Below, one piece after another: positions 6,909 through 16,464 of a stretch of DNA of 64,000 nt; within the stretch, counting starts at the first letter, position 1, and each line of letters begins with the position of its first letter. Location: NCBI GenBank assembly GCA_964461025.1, contig CAYWSE010000003.1, forward strand, positions 14,247 through 78,246, read 5' to 3'. This DNA comes from an uncultured Sphaerobacteraceae bacterium. GTDB lineage: Bacteria > Chloroflexota > Chloroflexia > Thermomicrobiales > UBA6265. The position numbers were made by a program, and so were the translations under genes. The notes under the pieces were generated by a model. That model was given only the letters and a program-made list of their open reading frames with translations. It was not told the origin of the DNA and did not search any database.

Positions 6909-9778
6909 CAACGATGGGTCGCCGGGAAAGAGTCCGCGCGATACCCCCGGCTAGACAACGGGAGACCCGGAACGTGATGCAACCTGACCAGCCGGTCACC
7001 CGTCAGCCGGGTTACGTCTTTGTCAGTTACGCCGCCGGCGATTCGACGCGAGTGCAGGCGGTCGTCGATCAACTGCGAATGTCGGGCTACCGGGTCTGGA
7101 TCGACGAGGCCGCGATCGAGGGTGGCGAGAATTACGGACCCACCATCGTCAACGCAATTCGCGCGAGTGCCGCCGTAGCGCTCTTCTGCAGCTCGTCGAG
7201 CTTCCAATCACGCAATGTTCGACAGGAAGTCGCGATCGCCTGGAAGCAAGAGCGGCCGATTCTTCCCCTTCGCCTCGAACCGATCGAACCTCCAGAGGAC
7301 TTTCAATATTGGCTGGAAGCAGCGCAGTGGCTCGATGTGACCGATCCTGATCCTGCCAACTGGCTGCCACGCGTCTCCCGGTCTCTGGACCGCTTGGGAG
7401 TCGTCCGGGACGATCCGATAGTCGAAGAACAGTCGTTCGTCGGCCAGACATTGGTCAGTAAGCGCCACGGGATCTCAGCAGCCGCCACCCCTCTATTAGG
7501 CCGGGACGAAGACATTGCCCGCATTGTGGCACTGCTGCGCGAATCCCGTCTGGTGACGTTGACTGGACCCGGAGGAGTCGGTAAAACCAGGCTTGCCGTC
7601 GAGGTTGCCAACGACTCCGGGCGCGACCTTGCCTGTGGCGCCGCGTTTATCTCGCTTGCGGCGATTCGCGACGCCAGATTTGTGATTCCGGCGGTCGCCG
7701 CGGCGTTGGGTTTTCCAAACGCAGGTTCGATATCCGATGCCGAAGCACTGGCCGCGCACCTGGGAGAGGAACCGCTCCTCCTCGTGCTCGACAATCTGGA
7801 GCAAATCATCAGCTGTGGGACGGACATCGCAGCACTCCTTTCCCTCTGCCCAGTCCTCAAGTGTCTGGCAACCAGCCGGACGCTTCTGAACATTCAGGCG
7901 GAGCAGGTCTACATGGTCGAGCCGCTGCGTCTACCTGCAACCGAAGATGCGGGAGAGTTCAGCCTTGTTCTCGAATCGCCTGCGGTTCGTCTCTTTGTCG
8001 ACCGGGTTCGCGCGTCGGATCCATCCTTCGATCCTGAGGTTGGAGAGCACGGCTCGGCAATCGCTGAGATTTGCCGGCGACTGGATGGGCTCCCACTCGC
8101 CATTGAGCTGGCCGCGGCGCGAGCGCGGCTCTTTCCACCAGCGGCTTTGCTGGCCAGACTCGAACACCGGCTTCCACTGCTGACAGGGGGACCTCAGGAT
8201 GCCCCTGAGCGGCAACAAACGCTGCGGGATGCCATCGCATGGAGTCATGATTTGCTCCCCGATGCCGCCCAGCTGCTGTTTCGCAGATTGGCGGTGTTCG
8301 TGGGCGGGTTTACCCTGGAAGCCGCAGAATCGATCGTCCAGTCGGAGAGGGAGCCCGCCAGCGCTTCCGCCGAGACGCCGGCAACTGTGGAGACGCTCGC
8401 GCTCCTCATCGATAGCAGCCTGGCCCGCCGGGTGAACGCTGAAGGTGAGCCCAGGTTCGCGTTCCTCGAAACGATTCGAGAATACGGGATCGAGCAGCTG
8501 GCTAGTCGAGGCGAACTCGAGTTCACCGAACATCGTCATGCACGTTATGTTCTGCAAATCGTGGAAGACCTGCGGCCACGAATCGAAGGCCCTGAAGGTC
8601 CCGAGATCATCAACAGGTTCGAAGTGGAGCACCCCAACATTCGGGCTGCGCTGACATACGCCATTGACTCGAAGGACGGAGAACTTGGCAACCGGCTTGT
8701 CGCGTCAATATGGAAGTTCTGGGTGGTTCATGGTCACGGTCAGGCAGCATTCCAATGGATCGAGCAAATTCTGGCGTTGCCCGGTAGCACGACGGCGACC
8801 TACCGAATGGAATCGCTCTACGCGGTCAGCAGTTTCGCACTCGAACTCGATCAGGGAGACCTTGCCCGCAACAGGGCGGAGGAGGGCCTTGCGCTGGCTC
8901 GCATCGAGCGCGATGAGCATCTCGAATCGAGAATGCTTTTCGTCCTCGGGTGGATCGCGCATCGCAATGGAGACTCGGAGCACGCGGACCAGTGTTTCCG
9001 GCACTCACTCGATCTGGCCAGGAAAGCGAGTCCCCAGGTTTCATTCGCCGAGCATATGAGCGCCCTGATCCTGGTGAACATCGCGACGATCGCGTATGAG
9101 CAGCGACGTTTCGACGATGCACTGGCAGCATGCCATGAAGCGCGATCGATCTGGCAGCGCCGGGGCGACCCCTGGGGATTGGCCATCTCGTCAGAATTTC
9201 TGGGCGTGATCGAATGCAAGCGGGGAGCGTTCGAGCAGGCAGGAAGCCTTCTTCGGCAAAGTCAGTCGCTCTATCGAGACCTGGGAGACCGCGGCGGCAT
9301 GACCAATTGCCTGGCCGGCATCGCTCTCGTTGCCGCCGGGGTTGGGCAATTGACCGCGGCTACGCGCTTTCTTTCTGCCTCGCTCAGGGCGCGGGAGACG
9401 ATCAAGACTCCTGTGCCATTGCCGATTCGTCAGGATCAGGAGGAAACGCTTTCTCTGGCCCGGTCCGAGCTTGGAAGGCGAAGGTTTGACGCGGCGTGGC
9501 AATCCGGCAGGGAGCTATCGCTGGAGGACGCTTTCGCCGAAACGTCGGTTATGCGGTTCGATCTTCGCCAGGGCGGCAGTTCATCCACGACACTCACCCG
9601 AAGAGAGCTCGATGTACTGAGGTTGATGGCGGAAGGCAAAACCGATCAGGAGATCGCCGGCAATCTGTTCATCAGTTATCGCACGACGACCACCCACGTG
9701 ACGCACATCCTGAACAAGCTCGGCGTCGACTCACGAACCGCCGCGGTCGCGGATGCCATTCGGCTCGAGCTGATCTAG
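6899..9778 (+). CDS. TIR domain - STAND P-loop NTPase (NB-ARC/AAA_16-like) - TPR - LuxR-type HTH protein
   Basis: TIR_2-like region at aa 38-150 (YVFVSYAAGD..YRVWIDE..ALFCSSSSFQSRNVRQEVAIAW). P-loop GPGGVGKT (nt 7565-7588), LLLVLDNLEQ and GLPLAIELAA. Long TPR-like helical region. C-terminal LTRRELDVLRLMAEGKTDQEIAGNLFISYRTTTTHVTHILNKLGV. The true start may be GTG 6974 / ATG 6977, with GGAG at 6961. Confidence 0.85.
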   Translation: MSSSTMGRRERVRAIPPARQRETRNVMQPDQPVTRQPGYVFVSYAAGDSTRVQAVVDQLRMSGYRVWIDEAAIEGGENYGPTIVNAIRASAAVALFCSSSSFQSRNVRQEVAIAWKQERPILPLRLEPIEPPEDFQYWLEAAQWLDVTDPDPANWLPRVSRSLDRLGVVRDDPIVEEQSFVGQTLVSKRHGISAAATPLLGRDEDIARIVALLRESRLVTLTGPGGVGKTRLAVEVANDSGRDLACGAAFISLAAIRDARFVIPAVAAALGFPNAGSISDAEALAAHLGEEPLLLVLDNLEQIISCGTDIAALLSLCPVLKCLATSRTLLNIQAEQVYMVEPLRLPATEDAGEFSLVLESPAVRLFVDRVRASDPSFDPEVGEHGSAIAEICRRLDGLPLAIELAAARARLFPPAALLARLEHRLPLLTGGPQDAPERQQTLRDAIAWSHDLLPDAAQLLFRRLAVFVGGFTLEAAESIVQSEREPASASAETPATVETLALLIDSSLARRVNAEGEPRFAFLETIREYGIEQLASRGELEFTEHRHARYVLQIVEDLRPRIEGPEGPEIINRFEVEHPNIRAALTYAIDSKDGELGNRLVASIWKFWVVHGHGQAAFQWIEQILALPGSTTATYRMESLYAVSSFALELDQGDLARNRAEEGLALARIERDEHLESRMLFVLGWIAHRNGDSEHADQCFRHSLDLARKASPQVSFAEHMSALILVNIATIAYEQRRFDDALAACHEARSIWQRRGDPWGLAISSEFLGVIECKRGAFEQAGSLLRQSQSLYRDLGDRGGMTNCLAGIALVAAGVGQLTAATRFLSASLRARETIKTPVPLPIRQDQEETLSLARSELGRRRFDAAWQSGRELSLEDAFAETSVMRFDLRQGGSSSTTLTRRELDVLRLMAEGKTDQEIAGNLFISYRTTTTHVTHILNKLGVDSRTAAVADAIRLELI

Positions 9779-9912
9779 ACCAATCGCCGTCCTTCTCAAA
9801 AACAAATACGTAGACTCCCTGAGTTCACGGAACGCCTCGCGCGGCACGGTAGACACGCATTCGATGATCGGCTTCGAGTGCGACGGTTCGACAGCGCGAA
9901 GGAGTACTCTCG

Positions 9913-10440
9913 ATGGACGGTTACACGAATCGGCGAGTTGTTGTGCAGACGCTGACCGGCCTTACGCTGGCTGTTGCCGCCAGCGGCGGCGTGAGAACCT
10001 CGCTTGCCCAGGCATCCATGTCAAGGGACGAGACGCAAGCGGTACTCGAAGAGTACGTTGCGGCGTTGGCCGGAAATGGCGATTTCTCCTCGTTCTTCGC
10101 CGAGGACATCGTGGTCTCGATGATGGATACCGGCCAGGAAGTGCGCGGCCGCGAGGAGGCGGCTGACGTCATCAACTATCTGCACAATGTTGCGTTTCAG
10201 GCCACTCCCGAGCTGAGCACCATCGTCTATGGTGAAGGTATTGCGAGCGCCGAGCTGATCTTTGCCGGCACCCAGATCGAGGAGTTCGAGGGGATTCCAC
10301 CGGTGGAAGGGGAATTCCGCGTTCCGTATTCGGTTGTCTGGGAGCTGACAGACAGCAAGATCATCAGCTTGCGCCTGTATCAATTCGCAACGACGCTGAT
10401 CGCCCACTTGACCGCACTCTCCGAGGAGTCGTCGAGCTAG
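9913..10440 (+). CDS. Tat-exported SnoaL/NTF2-like protein
   Basis: AAGGAG lies 8-9 nt upstream of the ATG. Twin-arginine signal TNRRVVVQTLTGLTLAVAASG..LAQA. The body has the SnoaL-like pattern (EEYVAALAG...VRGREEAADVINYLHN...SLRLYQ). Homologous to 60875..61324. Confidence 0.75.
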   Translation: MDGYTNRRVVVQTLTGLTLAVAASGGVRTSLAQASMSRDETQAVLEEYVAALAGNGDFSSFFAEDIVVSMMDTGQEVRGREEAADVINYLHNVAFQATPELSTIVYGEGIASAELIFAGTQIEEFEGIPPVEGEFRVPYSVVWELTDSKIISLRLYQFATTLIAHLTALSEESSS

Positions 10441-10515
10441 AGGCCCCGAGCTCCCCGGAGGTCTTCTCTGGGGAGCTCATGACAGTTGCCGGCTTTCCTG
10501 CATTGAACGAGGAGA

Positions 10516-11016
10516 ATGAACGACGTGATCACACGAACTCAGGGGATGGCGAACCGGTTCGAAGCCGCCAGTTGCCAGGTATCAAACCGTATCGAGCAGT
10601 GCAACGACCTGGAGCTGCGGGCGCATTGCGCTGCGGAAGCGTGCACCGTTGCCGCCCTGGCGAGTCACGTCGCCCGGGTGCACGAACTGACAATCAGCTG
10701 GATCGCGGCCATGCTCGCGGGTGAAAGTCTTGCCGGGCTGACCATGGCGGACATCGATCAGGCGAATCAGGAATGGTTCGCGAATGACGCGGACCGCCGC
10801 AAAGACGACGTCCTGGCGATGCTGGACGCCAATCGCCAGGACGCAGTGACGTTCGTTCGGCAACTCGCTGACGGCGATCTGGACCACTCTGCCGCGTTCG
10901 GCCCGTTCAACGGCGCGGTGATCAGCGTTCAGACACTGATCGAGCAGGTTCTGATCGGTGATCCGCTCAATCATCTGCGGAGCATCGACTCGGCACTGGC
11001 CAACGTCGCCGACTGA
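10516..11016 (+). CDS. DinB-family (DinB_2/MDMPI_N-like) protein
   Basis: 166-aa four-helix-bundle-type sequence with His residues in DinB-like spacing (ALASHVARVH...PLNHLRSI). GAGGAG precedes the ATG. Confidence 0.65.
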   Translation: MNDVITRTQGMANRFEAASCQVSNRIEQCNDLELRAHCAAEACTVAALASHVARVHELTISWIAAMLAGESLAGLTMADIDQANQEWFANDADRRKDDVLAMLDANRQDAVTFVRQLADGDLDHSAAFGPFNGAVISVQTLIEQVLIGDPLNHLRSIDSALANVAD

Positions 11017-11106
11017 GCAGGACGAGGCCTTGCCGCAGTGGAGCGCTTCAACGGGCGACAACAGGTTATGGGTCGGTGATCGGTATGCCCAACGCACCCG
11101 CGTTCG

Positions 11107-11385
11107 CTATTCCGCCGGGAAAACGACCTTCCACTCATAGATGACCGCACTGTCGACAATTCCCGGCGTGGTTCGGAACGGGTCATTGGCAACGATCGCC
11201 TCGACGTCGGCCTGGCTGTCACCGTTGTAGATCATCAGTGCGCCCGAATCATCGGTAAATGGCCCTGACTCGTGCAGCTTTCCCTCGTCGAGCATGCGCT
11301 GCAGGAACTCCCGATGCGACGGACGAGTGGCCACCCGAAGCTCGTGGTTGTCGCTGTACTTCACAAAAATCGCGTACTTCGGCAT
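11107..11385 (-). CDS. YciI-family protein
   Basis: 92 aa: MPKYAIFVKYSDN...RPSHREFLQRMLDEGKLHESGPF...GALMIYNGDSQADVEAIVANDPF, the classic YciI pattern. Confidence 0.85.
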   Translation of the reverse strand: MPKYAIFVKYSDNHELRVATRPSHREFLQRMLDEGKLHESGPFTDDSGALMIYNGDSQADVEAIVANDPFRTTPGIVDSAVIYEWKVVFPAE

Positions 11386-11648
11386 AACTCCATTCCTTCC
11401 CCACTCCCCGTTGCGCCCTACGTGCCGAGCGCTCTTGGTAGTCTACTCAAGTTCGTGGTGTGGCTCGGCTAGTTGCGCTTTGACTGCTCAGCGCCAATCA
11501 GCGCGGCTCGCGATCCCATATGTCGTGATCCCATACAATGTGAGTAGTCTTCCGTCGGGGAATCCGCACGATTCATTTTGGCTTGGATTGTGGGGAGCGC
11601 TTAGGCGACACCCGCGGGAGAGTCGCTGTCGCGCTGTGAGGGTAACGC

Positions 11649-13175
11649 ATGTCCGCCCCGGAACGTTTGCTCACAGGAGAAGGACAGTCAACGATGGACC
11701 CGAATACTGACCAGCGGCCTAGTGTATCCCGCCGGGGATTTCTCAAAGCAGGCAGTGTGAGCGCAGCCGCCGCGGCAGCTGCCACCGTGGGCATCGTGCC
11801 GTCCTCACAGTTACGGGCCGCAGCCCAGGAGACACAGACGTCGAGCCCACAAATACTCCTGAAGGGCGGCCGGGTCGTAACACTCGACCCGGTACTCGGA
11901 GACTTTCAAGTAGCCGATGTCTTGATCGATGGTGAGAGCATCGCTGCCATCGCACCGGAAATCACGGCTGCCGACGCCGAGGTGATCGACGCCGCGAACA
12001 TGTTGGTGATGCCAGGTATGGTTGACGCCCATCGTCACACCTGGCAAGCCGCAATCAAGCACGTCGCGCCCGATTCAGACTTGTCGGGGTACTTCGGGCA
12101 AGTGCTCGCCTCGTTCGCGCCTGTCTACCGACCTGAAGACGTATACATCGGGACGCTGATCGGCGCGTTGGAGGCCCTTGACTCGGGTGTTACGACGCTC
12201 TTCGACTGGTCACATATCCAGCACACGCCAGAACACACCGATGCCGCAATTGGTGCGCTTCACGATGCGGGGATACGTGCCGTGTTCGGCTACGGTTTTC
12301 CGAACACGGGTTCGGAGTGGTTCTTCGAGAGCCAACTCGAGCATCCTCAGGATGCTCGTCGGGTGCGAACACAATACTTTTCCGCAGAGAACCAGCTGGT
12401 AACCATGGCAATGGCCCTGCGCGGTCCTGAACTCTCGACGATCGCTGTCACGATTCACGACTGGGGTCTTGCGCGCGAACTGAACCTGCCGATATCGGTG
12501 CACGTCGGTAACGGCTCGTTCGGTGTGCCCTACCGGGCCATCGAGCAGCTCGCCGACGCAGGTCTCCTGGGTGCAGATACTCAGTACGTACACAACGTTT
12601 CCTTGACCGATGCCGCAATCGACCTTATCCGGGAGACTGGCGGAACCGCGGTAGTCACCCCAGCTGTCGAGATGCAAATGGGATTCGGAATGCCGGCGGC
12701 CGGGCGTTTCTGGAACCGAGGCATGCGGCCGGGTCTCGGCATCGATGTGATCACTTCAACGGCAGGAGACCTCTTCACCCAAATGCGCACCGCCCATCAA
12801 ATCGAACGGCTGCTGGCCGCGCTGGATCCCAACGAGCGGCTGGCGCCAACTGTCCACGACGTGCTGGAGATGGCCACCATCGACAGCGCGCGATCTATAT
12901 GGCTGGGTGACAGGATCGGGACTCTGTCTCCTGGAAAGGCCGCCGATGTTGTACTTCTCCGCACCGACTCGTTGCACATGACCCCCGTAAACGACCCGGT
13001 AGCGGCCGTCGTCATCAGTGCGAACTCAGGCGATGTTGATACGGTTCTGGTGAGAGGACGTGTGCGTAAACGAGGTGGAACCCTGATCGACGTGGATCTG
13101 GCGCAACTTCGCGCAGGGGCCCTCGAATCACGCGACTATCTGATTCAAGCGTCGGGATACGGAGCAACGGCCTGA
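11649..13175 (+). CDS. Tat-exported amidohydrolase (TRZ/ATZ / cytosine-deaminase-like)
   Basis: Canonical Tat motif SRRGFLKAGSVSAAAAAA. Metal-binding MPGMVDAHRHTW (HxH) and later histidines (SVHVGNG). Alternative ATG start at 11694. Confidence 0.88.
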   Translation: MSAPERLLTGEGQSTMDPNTDQRPSVSRRGFLKAGSVSAAAAAAATVGIVPSSQLRAAAQETQTSSPQILLKGGRVVTLDPVLGDFQVADVLIDGESIAAIAPEITAADAEVIDAANMLVMPGMVDAHRHTWQAAIKHVAPDSDLSGYFGQVLASFAPVYRPEDVYIGTLIGALEALDSGVTTLFDWSHIQHTPEHTDAAIGALHDAGIRAVFGYGFPNTGSEWFFESQLEHPQDARRVRTQYFSAENQLVTMAMALRGPELSTIAVTIHDWGLARELNLPISVHVGNGSFGVPYRAIEQLADAGLLGADTQYVHNVSLTDAAIDLIRETGGTAVVTPAVEMQMGFGMPAAGRFWNRGMRPGLGIDVITSTAGDLFTQMRTAHQIERLLAALDPNERLAPTVHDVLEMATIDSARSIWLGDRIGTLSPGKAADVVLLRTDSLHMTPVNDPVAAVVISANSGDVDTVLVRGRVRKRGGTLIDVDLAQLRAGALESRDYLIQASGYGATA

Positions 13176-13368
13176 CGAACAACACCTTCGCGTGCTCCTC
13201 CAGTCGATCCTGTGGACGATGAATCCAACCGCTCCGCTTTCACTTCGCATGTGTATGGTCACATCGGTCACGGACGTGTTCGTCCTGGGCAAACTATTGA
13301 TAGGCTACGCTTTCGAAGAGCAAAATGTGCTCTTGTGACGCGATCGAAGGTACTCCGGCAGGTGTTGC

Positions 13369-16068
13369 GTGACCGGACAAAGTGAAATGCCGGCGGTCGC
13401 CGGAACAAGCGTGCCCATGGTCCCACTCCGACGCCAGTATCTTGACATCAAGGCTCGATTCCCAGACACCATTCTCCTTTTCCGGCTGGGCGACTTCTAC
13501 GAGACCTTCGAAGAGGATGCGTACGTCGCTTCCTCGGTGCTGGATATCGTCCTCACGGGCCGGGAGATGGGCAAAGGCCAGCGCGTGCCAATGGCCGGCA
13601 TCCCCTACCACGCGGCCGAGGGGTATATCGGCCGCCTGATCGCCGCCGGTCACAAAGTGGCGGTCTGCGAACAGGTCGGCGAGGTAACCAAAGGGCGAGG
13701 ACTGGTCGATCGCGACGTTACGAAGGTCATTACCCCCGGCACGGTTACCGAGCCCTCGATGCTCGACGAAAACCGCAACAACTACATCGCCGGTGTCGTG
13801 ACCGGCGGCAACCGGGCCGGAATCGCATATGCCGACATCACAACCGGAGAGTTCGCGACGACGGAACTCAATTCTGAGACGATTGAGGAAATGCACCTGG
13901 CGGTAGGTCGGGAGCTGCAGCGCCTTAACGTTGCGGAAATCGTCATGCCCGCAGAGATTTCCTCGAACGGCGATGACACGGCGCCGGGATGGTTGCCGTC
14001 TGGTCTGGCGTCCGGCGAGACCGATGCCTGGCACTGGCGGCTCGACCGGGCAGAGGAGCGTCTCAAGGGTCATTTTGGCGTCGAGATGCTGGACGGATTC
14101 GGTTGCGCCGGCAAACCGGCCGCGATCCGCGCTGCCGGGGGATTGCTGCACTATCTCTCGGAAACCCAGCTCTCCAGTCTGAAGCAACTGCGAACGCTGA
14201 CAACCTACTCCACCACTACCTTCATGACCCTCGATGCGCAAACACGTCGCAATCTGGAGCTGATCGAGAGCACGCGCGGCGAACGAAGGCATAGCCTGCT
14301 CGGCGTATTGGATGAGACCCGGACGCCGATGGGCGCTCGTTTGCTGCGCCGCTGGATCAGCCAGCCACTGATCGACCGTCCGGCGCTCGAACGACGGCAG
14401 GAAGGGGTCGCCTGGTTTCACCAGCAAGCAGGAGTTCGCACCGAGCTGCGGAACGGACTCAGCCAGGTCGGCGATATCGAGCGACTGACAAACCGTGCGC
14501 TGAGTGCCGCGGCGTCGCCCCGAGAGCTTGGGTTGCTGCGGGGTTCGCTTGCGATTCTGCCGGAGATCGCCGGAATCGTTCGCGGGGCGCCGCATGTTGC
14601 GGATCTCCCCGACCTCGCGGATGTGCATAGACTGCTGGAGCAGGCGATCGTCGAGGAACCGGCCGCCGTGCTGGGACGGGGAAACGCGATTCGGCCAGGT
14701 TTCGCCCCCGAGCTCGATGGGCATCGGGGTCGGGCCAAAGAGGCGCGCGACTGGATTGCCGGTCTGGAGCGCTCTGAACGCGAGCGAACCGGAATCAGAT
14801 CGCTCAAGGTTGGCTACAACAAGGTTTTTGGCTACTACCTGGAGATCACGACGGCAGCGCTGGCCACTGCCGAGCGAGACCGGAGGGCGACCGGCGACGA
14901 CAGCGCTGTGCTGCCCGACGAGTACATACCCAAACAGACGCTAGCCAACGCAACGCGCTACTTCACGCCTCAGCTGAAAGAGTACGAGACGATCGTTCTC
15001 AATGCCGAAGAGATTCTCAACGAAATAGAGACCGACGTTTTTCGGCGGGTGATGTCAGAGGTGGCGGGCTCGTCTAGCCGTCTGCTCGATGCCGCGGCCA
15101 CGATCGCCGAGCTGGACGTTTTGTCCAATCTGGCGGATGTGGCTGTCGAACACAACTACACCCGTCCCGAGCTCGACGACTCCAGCGCAATAGAGATCAG
15201 CCGCGGCCGGCATCCGGTGCTGGAAACGGTTCTGCGAACGGGTGAGTACGTGCCCAACGACGCACATCTCGACGCCGGCAGCGCCCAGGTGATCATCCTG
15301 ACCGGACCAAATATGGCCGGGAAGAGCAGCTGGCTGCGGCAAGTGGCGTTGATCACGCTGATGGCTCAAATCGGGTCGTTCGTGCCGGCGGAGCGAGCCA
15401 GGATCGGTTTAGTCGACCGGATCTTCACGCGCATCGGCGCGCAGGACGACATCGCCACCGGTCAGAGCACCTTCATGGTCGAAATGCTCGAAACGGCGAA
15501 CATCCTCAATCACGCGACACCGCGCAGTCTGATCGTGCTCGACGAAATCGGCCGCGGCACGAGCACGTATGACGGACTGGCGATCGCTCGCGCAGTTGTC
15601 GAATACGTCCACAACACGCCGCGGCTTGGCTGCAAAACGCTTTTCGCCACCCACTACCACGAGCTGACCGAACTCGCCGGAATACTTCCCCGAGTTCGCA
15701 CCTACCGCATGGATGTTCTGGAAGAAGGCGACCGGGTGGTGTTCCTTCGTCAGGTCGTGCCGGGCGGCGCCGACCGGTCATACGGCATCCACGTCGCCGA
15801 GCTGGCGGGCATCCCGAAGGCGATTGTCCGTAGAGCCTCCGAAGTGCTCGCCGAACTCGAGCAGATGTCGCGTGCCGGCACAGACAAGGATGCTCGCCGC
15901 GCTGCCATGCAAGCGCCGCTTCCCGAGCAGTCAACGCAAGTCCAACTGACGATGTTCGCTCCGGCTGACCCAATCATCGAAGAACTGAAGAGACTCGACG
16001 TTGAGTCACTGAGCCCTATAGAGGCGATCACGAAGCTCTATGAGCTGCAGAAGCAGACGTCCTCCTGA
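13369..16068 (+). CDS. mutS: DNA mismatch repair protein MutS
   Basis: MVPLRRQYLDIKARFPDTILLFRLGDFYETFEEDA mismatch-binding N-terminus. Walker A GPNMAGKSS and DEIGRGTSTYDG. 899 aa with a GTG start. Confidence 0.97.
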   Translation: MTGQSEMPAVAGTSVPMVPLRRQYLDIKARFPDTILLFRLGDFYETFEEDAYVASSVLDIVLTGREMGKGQRVPMAGIPYHAAEGYIGRLIAAGHKVAVCEQVGEVTKGRGLVDRDVTKVITPGTVTEPSMLDENRNNYIAGVVTGGNRAGIAYADITTGEFATTELNSETIEEMHLAVGRELQRLNVAEIVMPAEISSNGDDTAPGWLPSGLASGETDAWHWRLDRAEERLKGHFGVEMLDGFGCAGKPAAIRAAGGLLHYLSETQLSSLKQLRTLTTYSTTTFMTLDAQTRRNLELIESTRGERRHSLLGVLDETRTPMGARLLRRWISQPLIDRPALERRQEGVAWFHQQAGVRTELRNGLSQVGDIERLTNRALSAAASPRELGLLRGSLAILPEIAGIVRGAPHVADLPDLADVHRLLEQAIVEEPAAVLGRGNAIRPGFAPELDGHRGRAKEARDWIAGLERSERERTGIRSLKVGYNKVFGYYLEITTAALATAERDRRATGDDSAVLPDEYIPKQTLANATRYFTPQLKEYETIVLNAEEILNEIETDVFRRVMSEVAGSSSRLLDAAATIAELDVLSNLADVAVEHNYTRPELDDSSAIEISRGRHPVLETVLRTGEYVPNDAHLDAGSAQVIILTGPNMAGKSSWLRQVALITLMAQIGSFVPAERARIGLVDRIFTRIGAQDDIATGQSTFMVEMLETANILNHATPRSLIVLDEIGRGTSTYDGLAIARAVVEYVHNTPRLGCKTLFATHYHELTELAGILPRVRTYRMDVLEEGDRVVFLRQVVPGGADRSYGIHVAELAGIPKAIVRRASEVLAELEQMSRAGTDKDARRAAMQAPLPEQSTQVQLTMFAPADPIIEELKRLDVESLSPIEAITKLYELQKQTSS

Positions 16069-16188
16069 CGGCATAGACCCCCCGTGGTAAGACGGTTCAT
16101 GCTATCCTTACCTTCATCTGCAAGTAATGCCGATTTGCTTCGCCTTGATGATCTGAAATGCCGCGGGCAATGCGCCGGGAGAAACACA

Positions 16189-16464
16189 ATGAAGGAGACC
16201 TACTACGCAACAATCACCTCGAAGGGACAGATCACGATTCCGAAAGCCGTTCGAGAGACCCTGGCGGTCTATTCGGGCGACCGCGTGGCCTTTACCGTCG
16301 AAGGCGACAACGTCGCGGTCGAGGGCATCTCATCCGACATCGAGGACCTGATCGGTTCGATCAAGCCGCTGACCGACGAGGATCCTGGCGACTTCGACGA
16401 CATGATCGAGCGCGCATGGTCAACCGCGGCCATCGAACGTTGGGAACGAGTCAATCGCCAATGA
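16189..16464 (+). CDS. vapB: AbrB/SpoVT-MazE-type antitoxin (VapB-like)
   Basis: MKETYYATITSKGQITIPKAVRETLAVYSGDRVAF is the SpoVT/AbrB swapped-hairpin motif. Its stop overlaps the next start in ATGA (16461-16464). The track ORF starts earlier, at 16084. Confidence 0.85.
   Translation: MKETYYATITSKGQITIPKAVRETLAVYSGDRVAFTVEGDNVAVEGISSDIEDLIGSIKPLTDEDPGDFDDMIERAWSTAAIERWERVNRQ

Noticed and set aside
6899-9778. Thoeris-type (ThsA/ThsB) or other known TIR defence system
   Set aside because: No SIR2/SLOG/Macro ThsA-like gene or other known partner lies within several kb. The TIR is fused to a STAND-TPR-LuxR body rather than being a stand-alone ThsB.
11386-11648. Riboswitch or leader RNA upstream of the Tat-exported amidohydrolase
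   Set aside because: The 263-nt divergent region has a TACAAT -10-like hexamer, a GATCCCATA direct repeat (11512 and 11527) and a small hairpin. Nothing matches a riboswitch class I can recognise (purine, guanidine, ZTP). Too weak to report.
13294-14724. 476-aa ORF on the minus strand
   Set aside because: It is antisense to the mutS N-terminal half, whose coding status is certain.
16158-16460. N-terminal 100 aa of the 242-aa ORF containing the PIN domain
   Set aside because: This part overlaps the AbrB-type antitoxin gene in another frame and is Arg/Gly-rich. The PIN domain starts at ATG 16461, which forms the ATGA overlap typical of TA pairs.
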